Positions 18,697-26,819 of a stretch of 64,000 nt of DNA are shown piece by piece. The notes under the pieces are model-generated. The model worked only from the letters and a program-made list of their open reading frames with translations, searched no databases and had not been told where the DNA came from. The number at the start of each line of letters is the position of its first letter. The first letter of the stretch is position 1. The stretch is from Candidatus Thorarchaeota archaeon (lineage in GTDB: Archaea > Asgardarchaeota > Thorarchaeia > Thorarchaeales > Thorarchaeaceae). The stretch is taken from contig DXJO01000046.1 in the NCBI GenBank assembly GCA_019057475.1, forward strand, positions 32,001-96,000, given 5' to 3'. A program made the translations under genes and the position numbers.

Positions 18697-20586
18697 TCAC
18701 TTCACCTTGTGCCGCACTGAAACAGCTTGGCCCTTCTTGAAATCGCACATCTCACGCCCAGACATCTCACTCCGACCCACAGCAATAATATCATCTTGGT
18801 TGTTCAACACAATTACCTCGTCGCCAGGGCGTATCCCTGAATCGGCCTCGTTGATTCCCACTGCGAAGACAGAGCCGCCCTCCAGTTTGCGCCCCTCAAA
18901 TCGCACCCAATAGCGGTGGAGTGGAATCAGTCGGCGTCCGCCCTCAAGCGTGAGCGAAAGGGAGCCACTGTCGCCGATGAATGCACATGTCTGTTCCTTG
19001 TTGATTCTGCACACAACCATTCTGTATAGCTTTCCTCCAAGTTTGGCTCCGTCAGGCACAAGTGCTTCACCAGCCCCTGGCCCAAACTGGTAGTCTGCAG
19101 TAGCGCGCAGGGTGTCTTCAAAGAGAGCGGGGCGACCGCCTTTTAACGAGAGAACTTCGCGCATATCTAACAGCACATTCTGCAGTGACTGTAGAGAGTC
19201 GAAACTCGAAGGTGAGTGCTGATCCGTCGTGTATACAATGCTCTGACTAACACGATCCTCTGCACTCTTCACAACATCAAGATAACCACCTGAAATGTGT
19301 GCCACAACCACAGCGGACTCAGCAAACTTCTGGAGATGTGTCACAAGAGCCTCAGCTGCGATTTCGGTTTCCTCCGTATCCCAGTCCCCAGTCACTGGAA
19401 TATCATAGTACGCAGCAGGATACAGCCGCTCCAATTCTCTTGGAATCACTCCCAAAGGAGAGGTCAGAATGGTTTCTGCCACTGAAGAACGTGTTGTCCC
19501 AATTGCGTGCTCTATTGCTTTGATGAAGCGCTGATGCGACTTGGATTCTGAATATGGCTTTCGAGCAGAACACGGGAGGAGCAAAACGAGTTTCTTATGG
19601 TTAGGAGGCATGTATCTGGATGCTAGGCAATCTCGGAAGCGTTTCACTGCAGGCGAGTTGTAGGATTCTGGACCAATCAGAGACAGGTTGGTTTGACCAG
19701 ACGTTGGCGTGAATTCCTCAAGAAAAGCGAATAGCGACTTGTCTGTCTTCCTGAGAAGAGACGTTGCGGCGGTGCTTGAGTGTCCCATTGATTCGACGAG
19801 CCACCTCAGCTTCCCTAAACGCAAAGATTGGATGCTCTCGGACAGAATAGATTGGTAGATGTTCAGGTTGTGACACAACAACACTGTATGAAGCTCATCT
19901 TGGCTTAGTTCTCGAAGGTCGCTATGATCTGCACACGCTATGCACGAACAAGTCCTTGGAAGAATCCTGCCCGTGATTGATTCCTCGGAGAGATTCCAAA
20001 GACGTACTCCTCTCGAGGCCGACTCAGCCGCATATCCCAAATCAAACACATCAAAGCCCAGATAGAAGAGGAGGGGGACTGAAGAGGGGGAGATTCTACC
20101 GAGTGCAATGGTTAGCCAGTCGATTGGCAGCATTGTTCGGTTGCTGAGCGCGCTGTAGTCATGTGGTCCAAGCCATCCATCGAAGGATACAGATGCAGCC
20201 CTGACCCCTAAGGAAGCGAATTCTGTCAGTATTGATGTAAGTTTCTCAGAACCCAATTGCTGGGGGATTCTGACAATCAAACGAGAAGGGTCTACCTTGC
20301 CTTGAACTTCATCTATGAAATGTAACTGATTTTCTAGCAATAGCTCAGCTGCTTCCGCGCCGAGAAACGAAACAGCAGGGAATGAGGGTAGGAGGAGTGA
20401 GTCATCTTCGCGGACGCCTGATATGAGTAACTTCGAATCATGAATTGGCGAAGGAACAGCAAGAATCATGGATCCGCCTACAGGGCGATCGTTTCTGCCA
20501 AGAGTCGCATATCCCATGATGGACTCGGTGTTAGGGGGGCCAACCAAGAACGGAGTCTGAACCTTTGTAGACCCCATCTTGTACAC
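18697..20586 (-). CDS. arcS: Archaeosine synthase subunit ArcS (TgtA2) with PUA domain
   Basis: LLPCSARKPYS, TSPLGVIPRELE, YDIPVTGDW and C-terminal PUA (IRPGDEV...AVG). Confidence 0.9.
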   Translation of the reverse strand: MYKMGSTKVQTPFLVGPPNTESIMGYATLGRNDRPVGGSMILAVPSPIHDSKLLISGVREDDSLLLPSFPAVSFLGAEAAELLLENQLHFIDEVQGKVDPSRLIVRIPQQLGSEKLTSILTEFASLGVRAASVSFDGWLGPHDYSALSNRTMLPIDWLTIALGRISPSSVPLLFYLGFDVFDLGYAAESASRGVRLWNLSEESITGRILPRTCSCIACADHSDLRELSQDELHTVLLCHNLNIYQSILSESIQSLRLGKLRWLVESMGHSSTAATSLLRKTDKSLFAFLEEFTPTSGQTNLSLIGPESYNSPAVKRFRDCLASRYMPPNHKKLVLLLPCSARKPYSESKSHQRFIKAIEHAIGTTRSSVAETILTSPLGVIPRELERLYPAAYYDIPVTGDWDTEETEIAAEALVTHLQKFAESAVVVAHISGGYLDVVKSAEDRVSQSIVYTTDQHSPSSFDSLQSLQNVLLDMREVLSLKGGRPALFEDTLRATADYQFGPGAGEALVPDGAKLGGKLYRMVVCRINKEQTCAFIGDSGSLSLTLEGGRRLIPLHRYWVRFEGRKLEGGSVFAVGINEADSGIRPGDEVIVLNNQDDIIAVGRSEMSGREMCDFKKGQAVSVRHKVK

Positions 20587-20655
20587 GCCAACTCTTGCGG
20601 GCCCGTCGTGACCGCGTCCAATGAGAAACTCTGTTATACTCTCTCACCTCTCAGA

Positions 20656-23319
20656 CTAGACTACTGGCTGATAACTAGTGTATCCTTTCGTATCCACACT
20701 GGTTTCAATCTTCTCAAGGATCTGCCTCACGCTCTCTAAGGCACCTGCTTTGAATAATGGTCGGTTGTTGTTGCCACACTGATATGAGTACGTGCATTGA
20801 GGACAGCCATCCACAGTCTTACAATCGCACGTTTCCAAGATGGTTTCTGTCCTTCTAAAGGCTTCATCCAATCTTGAGAAAAGCAACTTGGATGCACCAG
20901 TTCCTCCTGGACTTCCATCATAAACGAAGATTATTCCGGAGTCACCCATCGAAACCCCTCCAATCTCGCGGGTACTCCCGCCCGTTAGCATATCACTGGA
21001 CTCAATCACAACATGCTCCAACGCGTGGAATGCACCTTCATAGAGCTGGGCTGGATCCAGCCTTGGACCCTTGGAGTCCTTCATCGGACCTTCAATGTAT
21101 TCGTTTGCGGTCTTCGTGGGCTTTGGGGCAGTGAAAGCAAAGCCTCGCGTGACATACTTGTAGATGAGCGACTCAGGCAAATCAAAGCTTCCAACGCTTC
21201 TTCCAGTCCGTGTTTCCTTCTTGACGTATCCATAAACAGTCTGGGTCATCTCGAGACTGCAATACACGGCGTTGAGTCCCAGGATCTTTCGTTCTTCAAT
21301 TACACTTAGGATTTTGGGCATAAATGAATACAATGGGCGAGTGTAGTATGTCCGATCTTGCATGGAAGCGACTGTGGCTCTCCCGAAGCCGGGGGCGTAT
21401 TTGAAGTCAACAGAAAGGAAGTTCTTCCCACCGTGAAGATAGATTGCACCAGGATGTAGACTCTGAGCGGCCATTGGCATGGATCGATCCCCAAGCGTTT
21501 TCATCCCCAGCTTAATCTGAACGGTATCGCCAATCCCTCTGATACTATAGCCCCTCCAAGCCTTTCGAGCCTTCTCCGAATCTACTACTCTAACACTGCC
21601 GTTTTCACTAACATGAAGCAAGCCATCTCGCTCAAGGGTTTCCATGATTTTGAGTTGATGCGGGAAATGAGATGTGTTTAATTTGCCACTCATGGCTGCA
21701 GCGATAAGCTGGTAGTATCCAACTATTTCATTCCCAGGTTCCATGTATGCAGAATCAATATCTGTGAAGTACTTCTCAGGCTGATTCTTGTAATAGGATG
21801 ATATCGGGTCATTCTCTCTTAGGGCAAGTATCGCTACACTTTCCTGACCCATTCTGCCTGCACGACCTATGCGCTGTGTGAGTCGTGTAATCGAAGTTAT
21901 CATACTGACCACACTGTCAAGGTGACCGATATCCACCCCTAGCTCCAAAGTCGGTGTGGAAACTAGAACAGGCAATCTACCAGCTTTGAATTCAGTTTCC
22001 ACTTGGCTGCGATATTTCTTAGTAAGCCCTGCCCTGTGGACCATAGACTTGATTCCGAGGTCATTGATGAGTATGTTTAGAACCTCAGCCTCTGAATGCG
22101 TGTTGCCAAAGACTAGAGTCTTGAACCCGCCGCTCTGCAGGATTCGCACGATGTTCACAATCATACTGTATTTGCTGCGTTCCCCCGGGTAGTACATCAT
22201 GAAATGGACTGGTCCGCGTTTGGCGGCAGCTGACTCCACAAGGTGCACATCCCCGTCGAAAATTTGTTCAGCGAACTCCTTCGGATTCGCGATTGTGGCA
22301 GAGGCACCTATCTTTTGGAACTGGCCTGCTTCCAGCTCAAGTCGTTTCAAGATATAGTAAACATTAGCGCCCATCGATCCTGTGTAAAGATGAATCTCAT
22401 CAAGAACCACGTATTTCACTGTGTGGAGCAAGGGCACCAGCCGAGAACTGTCCCATCCAAGATGATAGTGAAGTATGTCAGGGTTCGTGAGTAATATATC
22501 TGGAGGACGCTCATAGATCCTACTCCGCTGAGATTGTGAAACGTCCCCATCGAATACAGCCACAGTTAACCCCGAAGCTTCGCATATCCCCTTTATCTTG
22601 TTGTACTGGTCTTTTGCCAGTGCTTTTGTTGGGTATAACAGCAAAGCCCGAACACCCGGATTCATGAAGGCCTCTTGCACAGTGATAACAAGACTCCTCA
22701 CGATAGGCAGAATGAAAGCTTCGGTCTTTCCCTGTGCTGTAGGAGCGGATATGACCACATCATTGCCCTTCAAGATTGAATTGTACACTTCTTCTTGGAA
22801 ACGATACAATTGCTTGATTCCCTTTGCGTGAAGGTGTTCTTTGAGCCGTGTCGGCACCTTGAGACTGTCTACTTGACAACCGTACTCCGCATCGCTTTGG
22901 GGCATATAACGATAAGTGACCAGGTAGTCGTTCCCATTGGTGACCAAAGCACGGACTTCATCCTTGAGAGTTTCAAGATTGGAGCCTCCATTCTCTACTA
23001 GCTTCTGAATCTCCGTCCGTGATTGGACAGGGGCACGACCTGCGCGGGGCTTGCGCGTTGCACGACTCCGTCCTTCTGCTATGCTGTCAGTCGTTGTGGG
23101 TGTGCGTGGGGAGCCTTTCGAATCCCCAGCGGAAATGCGTCCGGTCTTGATTGCTTTCGTGTATGCCTCGTAAGCATCGAACAAATCCTTGTTCCTACCA
23201 TCAACAAGTATCTCTGCATCGCAGGAGTAGCATCGCACTGTCCAGATGTGGCCTCCCTTCCTGATGTCTAGTGTGGAGCCACACTTTGGACAATGAAGAA
23301 CGGGCACTAGCTTAACCAC
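20656..23319 (-). CDS. Hrq1/SftH/MrfA-type DEAH helicase with DUF1998 Zn site and N-terminal Zn ribbon
   Basis: APTAQGKT, YPTKALA, DEIH, SAT, TLELGVD, QRIGRAGR, CDC..GCPQC. Confidence 0.9.
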   Translation of the reverse strand: MVKLVPVLHCPKCGSTLDIRKGGHIWTVRCYSCDAEILVDGRNKDLFDAYEAYTKAIKTGRISAGDSKGSPRTPTTTDSIAEGRSRATRKPRAGRAPVQSRTEIQKLVENGGSNLETLKDEVRALVTNGNDYLVTYRYMPQSDAEYGCQVDSLKVPTRLKEHLHAKGIKQLYRFQEEVYNSILKGNDVVISAPTAQGKTEAFILPIVRSLVITVQEAFMNPGVRALLLYPTKALAKDQYNKIKGICEASGLTVAVFDGDVSQSQRSRIYERPPDILLTNPDILHYHLGWDSSRLVPLLHTVKYVVLDEIHLYTGSMGANVYYILKRLELEAGQFQKIGASATIANPKEFAEQIFDGDVHLVESAAAKRGPVHFMMYYPGERSKYSMIVNIVRILQSGGFKTLVFGNTHSEAEVLNILINDLGIKSMVHRAGLTKKYRSQVETEFKAGRLPVLVSTPTLELGVDIGHLDSVVSMITSITRLTQRIGRAGRMGQESVAILALRENDPISSYYKNQPEKYFTDIDSAYMEPGNEIVGYYQLIAAAMSGKLNTSHFPHQLKIMETLERDGLLHVSENGSVRVVDSEKARKAWRGYSIRGIGDTVQIKLGMKTLGDRSMPMAAQSLHPGAIYLHGGKNFLSVDFKYAPGFGRATVASMQDRTYYTRPLYSFMPKILSVIEERKILGLNAVYCSLEMTQTVYGYVKKETRTGRSVGSFDLPESLIYKYVTRGFAFTAPKPTKTANEYIEGPMKDSKGPRLDPAQLYEGAFHALEHVVIESSDMLTGGSTREIGGVSMGDSGIIFVYDGSPGGTGASKLLFSRLDEAFRRTETILETCDCKTVDGCPQCTYSYQCGNNNRPLFKAGALESVRQILEKIETSVDTKGYTSYQPVV

Positions 23320-23472
23320 CTAGACTACAGACCCCGTCTGATTTCCTCTTATCAAACTTTGGCACGGAATGCGATTCGCAATCTCAAGTCGGCGTCACAA
23401 TAGCTAACCTTATATGCGGTTGTGTAACCGACATGCACAACCGACCCGCAGTGGTCAGGAAGATGATTAGCA

Positions 23473-23832
23473 ATGGTTGAAGATGTTAACTCCGACGAAT
23501 TGGCACAATTGATAGGCGATAACAAGGTAGTCTTTGTTGACTGCCACGCAGATTGGTGTCAGCCCTGCAAAATCCTTGGCCCCATCTTGGAAGAGCTCGA
23601 TGAGAAATTCCAAGACAAGGGTCTGAAAGTCGTCAAGATTGATGTGGATCAGAACAGGGAATTCAGCGCGGAAAATCAAATTTCAGGAATTCCGAGCGTA
23701 CTTGTATACAGCGAAGGCAAACGTGTCGTGTTTGACGACGGCGGCGGACGAAAGATGGACAAACTCGTAGGTGTAATGCCAAACGAGGTCTACGAACAGA
23801 TTGCTGAGAATCTTCTAGCTGAAGCGGCATAG
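23473..23832 (+). CDS. Thioredoxin
   Basis: WCQPC active site, ISGIP cis-Pro loop. Confidence 0.92.
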   Translation: MVEDVNSDELAQLIGDNKVVFVDCHADWCQPCKILGPILEELDEKFQDKGLKVVKIDVDQNREFSAENQISGIPSVLVYSEGKRVVFDDGGGRKMDKLVGVMPNEVYEQIAENLLAEAA

Positions 23833-23842
23833 GTGGATAACA

Positions 23843-23900
23843 GAGTCCCCCCAGTATCTCACTCTCTCTCTCACTTCGGGGGGAACTCCTCCTTCTTTTT
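23843..23900 (+). terminator. Hairpin followed by a pyrimidine tract
   Basis: GAGTCCCCCC...GGGGGGAACTC then CTCCTTCTTTTT after the thioredoxin stop. Confidence 0.4.
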
Positions 23901-23986
23901 CGAACAGCTGTCCTCAACCCACTGGGGATTAGGAACATTATTAGGTGCTTCAACTTCCGGACACCGAAACGGAGTGAACTCCACTG

Positions 23987-24346
23987 GTGAATGATGTTGC
24001 CCCAGATGCTATCGAGAAAGCAATCAATGAAACCAAGCTCCTGTTTGTAGACTGTTGGGCGCCTTGGTGCAGACCTTGCCTAGTATTGGGCCCGATACTG
24101 GATGAACTTGATCAGAAGTATGCTGATAATCCAGAGGTTGGCTTTCTGAAGGTCAATACGCAGATTCATCAAGAGTTCGCTGTCAAGCAAAACCTCTACG
24201 CTATACCCTGTGTACTCGTCTACTTTGATGGAAAACCAGCCAAGTTTGAGCTTGCTCGCGGTGATAAAACAGAGGTTACAGATCGTCTGATAGGCACCAG
24301 GCCGGCAGAGCACTATGAGAACGTGATTAGGCAGCTTGTGGAATAG
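23987..24346 (+). CDS. Thioredoxin (tandem paralog)
   Basis: WAPWCRPC active site, YAIP loop. Confidence 0.9.
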   Translation: MNDVAPDAIEKAINETKLLFVDCWAPWCRPCLVLGPILDELDQKYADNPEVGFLKVNTQIHQEFAVKQNLYAIPCVLVYFDGKPAKFELARGDKTEVTDRLIGTRPAEHYENVIRQLVE

Positions 24347-24419
24347 GCCCCGTTTCAACTCCATTGTTTTATTAGAGAAGACAGCCGGTTCTAAGTTAAC
24401 GCATAGCGAGGTGACAGAC

Positions 24420-24944
24420 TTGCCGATTCTTCCTTTTGGCGATAAGACTCCGAAAATCGATACGAAATCCTACGTAAGCCCGCAGGCGACCATTGTGGGT
24501 GATGTTGAGATTGGTGCGCAAGCAAGCATATGGCCAGGTGCAGTAATACGCGGCGACCAAGCTTCAGTCAGAATTGGAGAGAGCTCCTGCATTCAGGACA
24601 GTGTGGTAATACATGCACACACTGAGGATAATCCAGCCATCATTGGCAGTCTCACTATTGTAGGCACAGCATCAGTATTGCATGGAGTCTACATCGGCGA
24701 TATGGCAAGCATAGGTGAAGGGTGTGTCGTCTTCGATGGCGCAACACTCGGAGAGGGCGTAAGACTTGCACCCGGCAGTATTGTGCCAGCAAATGTGGTT
24801 ATTCCCCCCAGAAGTGCGAACTCCGGAGCCCCGGCAGCCCAGATTCGCGACTTGTCCAGAGAGGAAGTTGAAAAGCAATCAGCGAGGGCGGAAACAATCG
24901 CGCAAGTCTTCCAGAAACTGCGAAGATGGAAGCAACTCGTTTAG
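24420..24944 (+). CDS. Gamma-carbonic-anhydrase family (YrdA/CaiE-like) hexapeptide-repeat protein
   Basis: IVGDVEIG, IWPGAVIRGD, IQD..VIH; TTG start after GAGGTGA. Confidence 0.85.
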   Translation: MPILPFGDKTPKIDTKSYVSPQATIVGDVEIGAQASIWPGAVIRGDQASVRIGESSCIQDSVVIHAHTEDNPAIIGSLTIVGTASVLHGVYIGDMASIGEGCVVFDGATLGEGVRLAPGSIVPANVVIPPRSANSGAPAAQIRDLSREEVEKQSARAETIAQVFQKLRRWKQLV

Positions 24945-25026
24945 AATACATGGTTTCCAGCGATGCTCCTTGGCCTAAAGCGGCGAATGCAATCTGCATC
25001 ATATCAACAAAGCAGAAAAATTGCCA

Positions 25027-25104
25027 TGGCGGGACCGCCCAGATTCGAACTGGGGATAACCAACTCCGCAAGCTGGTGCCTTATCCATGCTAGACTACGG
25101 CCCC
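25027..25104 (-). tRNA. tRNA-Arg(GCG)
   Basis: GGGGCCG/CGGTCCC acceptor stem, anticodon arm CCAGC-TTGCGGA-GTTGG, GTTCGAA T-loop, encoded CCA, no intron. Confidence 0.96.
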
Positions 25105-25124
25105 GCTCGCAGAAACTTCGAGTT

Positions 25125-25132
25125 ATCTTAAA
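25125..25132 (-). promoter_or_regulatory. TATA box of tRNA-Arg(GCG)
   Basis: TTTAAGAT on the minus strand 21-28 nt upstream of the tRNA 5' end. Confidence 0.5.
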
Positions 25133-25210
25133 GATTCTTCGCTAATATGCATAGTAGAAAATCATGCTGACATGAGGATTGGTGCTGCACCTAGGTTCCC
25201 CTAGCTGCCC

Positions 25211-25441
25211 TCATGCCGCTGGAACGCCGACTAGGTTCACAACTGCTTTGCCTTTTCGCTTGGTAATACGCATAGTGTGATCTGATGTCTGGAGGATGAA
25301 ACTCTCTCCTTCGTCTAGGTTGTCAAGCACGCTACGTCCCAGAGGCCCATTCAGGTAGTTGGTGAACCTGACTACTACACGACAAGTGGGTGTCTTGATC
25401 TCTTCAACGGCGTTCATTGTCTTAAACCTCAGTTCGGTCAT
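25211..25441 (-). CDS. Small hypothetical protein between the two tRNA-Arg genes
   Basis: 76-aa ORF; GAGGG before ATG 25441 and TTTAAAA about 20-25 nt upstream. Confidence 0.55.
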   Translation of the reverse strand: MTELRFKTMNAVEEIKTPTCRVVVRFTNYLNGPLGRSVLDNLDEGESFILQTSDHTMRITKRKGKAVVNLVGVPAA

Positions 25442-25504
25442 CCGTGCCCTCATTGGGCTTTTAAACTACAATCGAATTGTTTGATTGATGAAGAAGAGTA
25501 ATTG

Positions 25505-25582
25505 TGGCGGGACCGCCCGGATTCGAACCGGGGATGACCAACTCCGGAGGCTGGTGCCTTATCCATGCTAGACTACGGCCCC
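25505..25582 (-). tRNA. tRNA-Arg(CCG)
   Basis: Same body as the GCG copy, anticodon loop CTCCGGA, encoded CCA; TTTAAA at 25604-25609 upstream. Confidence 0.96.
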
Positions 25583-25665
25583 AAGCCCCACAGACGCACT
25601 CTCTTTAAATCGTTTGCTCAGAAAACCTCAGCTGGCAATTAAAGACGAGTTCAAATAAAGAGCCG

Positions 25666-26181
25666 CTATACTAATTGCTTCTTGTTTACTAACCACCAGG
25701 CGCCACGCTTACCCTTGACAATGCCCTTCCTATGCGTCACTATCTCTACACCCAAGATGGTTTTCGCTCTCTCGTTGATCTTGTCCAAGCGATCGAGTAT
25801 CGTTCGGCGTTTTCCTTGACTCCCTATCAGAGCCAGTGCGAGTTCAGGTGTTGTAGCACCTTCATGTTGTAGGAAGTATGCGAGAAGCTTACGATCAAGG
25901 TCATCCCGGCAGACTTTCGTCTTTGTCAGATCATTCAACTCGTCAAGGTATACGCTGGTCGACTGCTCCGTTTCAAGATGGCTCACCCTTGTTCTCAATT
26001 GATTGATCTCTTCGGCAAGTTCCATCACCATCGGAGGCAATTTCTCATCAAGCCTCCACAGAATTGCGGCCTTAATGAACCGTTGGCGGCCATTGGCCCC
26101 AGCAAGCCGATCTATTCGGTCTAGTGTTTTCTGATCCAATCGGATACGGATGCTGACTGATGCATTGCTTTTCTTAGTCAT
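25666..26181 (-). CDS. Putative regulator: ribbon-helix-helix, coiled coil and winged-HTH-like domains
   Basis: SIRIRLDQKTLDRIDRLAG...RQRFIKAAI (RHH); LDRKLLAYF...ATTPELA...GAWWL (wHTH-like). Confidence 0.6.
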   Translation of the reverse strand: MTKKSNASVSIRIRLDQKTLDRIDRLAGANGRQRFIKAAILWRLDEKLPPMVMELAEEINQLRTRVSHLETEQSTSVYLDELNDLTKTKVCRDDLDRKLLAYFLQHEGATTPELALALIGSQGKRRTILDRLDKINERAKTILGVEIVTHRKGIVKGKRGAWWLVNKKQLV

Positions 26182-26337
26182 TGCCCGACACCGCACGTGT
26201 CTGTGCATTGATAGACACAACAATTGATGCACTTGACCAAGAGAAAAAGGCTTGCCCTAGGTCAAGCGGTTAAGCGCCCGACACAGTTATAACATCAACA
26301 TCGAGGGACTCGCAAAGAATACCCTTCGGTGTGGAGA

Positions 26338-26703
26338 ATGGTAAACAAGACGAAGGCTCTAGAGCGTGAGAGAACGCGACTGATTAAGTTACAGAACTCT
26401 GGACAAGTGGACCTCAGACGAATGAGAAGACTCCGCAGAGTTAGAACCAAGTTCTGGACCTCCAAGAAGAGGGCTGCTGTTCTGGGCGAGAAGGTTCCGA
26501 GTGAGGAGCCAAAGGTGGAGAAGAAAGAGCCTGAGCTTGAGGTCATCGAGTTGAAGCCTGAGGTCGGGGAAGTAGATGAACTCGATGAGTTGTACACTTA
26601 TGATGAGGAGATTGAAGAGGAGTCTACTGAAACCAAGGAGAAGCTTGAGGTCGAGGAAGTAGATGAGGTGCCTTTCGAAACCGATGAGAACCCCGAAACC
26701 TAA
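26338..26703 (+). CDS. Hypothetical protein with basic N-terminus and acidic disordered C-terminus
   Basis: GGAGA before ATG; Arg/Lys-rich first ~45 aa, Glu-rich tail. Confidence 0.65.
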   Translation: MVNKTKALERERTRLIKLQNSGQVDLRRMRRLRRVRTKFWTSKKRAAVLGEKVPSEEPKVEKKEPELEVIELKPEVGEVDELDELYTYDEEIEEESTETKEKLEVEEVDEVPFETDENPET

Positions 26704-26819
26704 AGTCAGCGATTTTATTGAAGAGAGGCTTCACGAATAGTATTGGTGGGCAGTTCTGAAACATCTGAAGAGAATAGCTTATCTATGGCATTGTGTTCAT
26801 CGGAGATTGTTGGTCTCCC

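Noticed and set aside
25027-25582. tRNA repeats as attL/attR of an integrated element
   Set aside because: Both tRNAs are complete with different anticodons, and there is no integrase nearby
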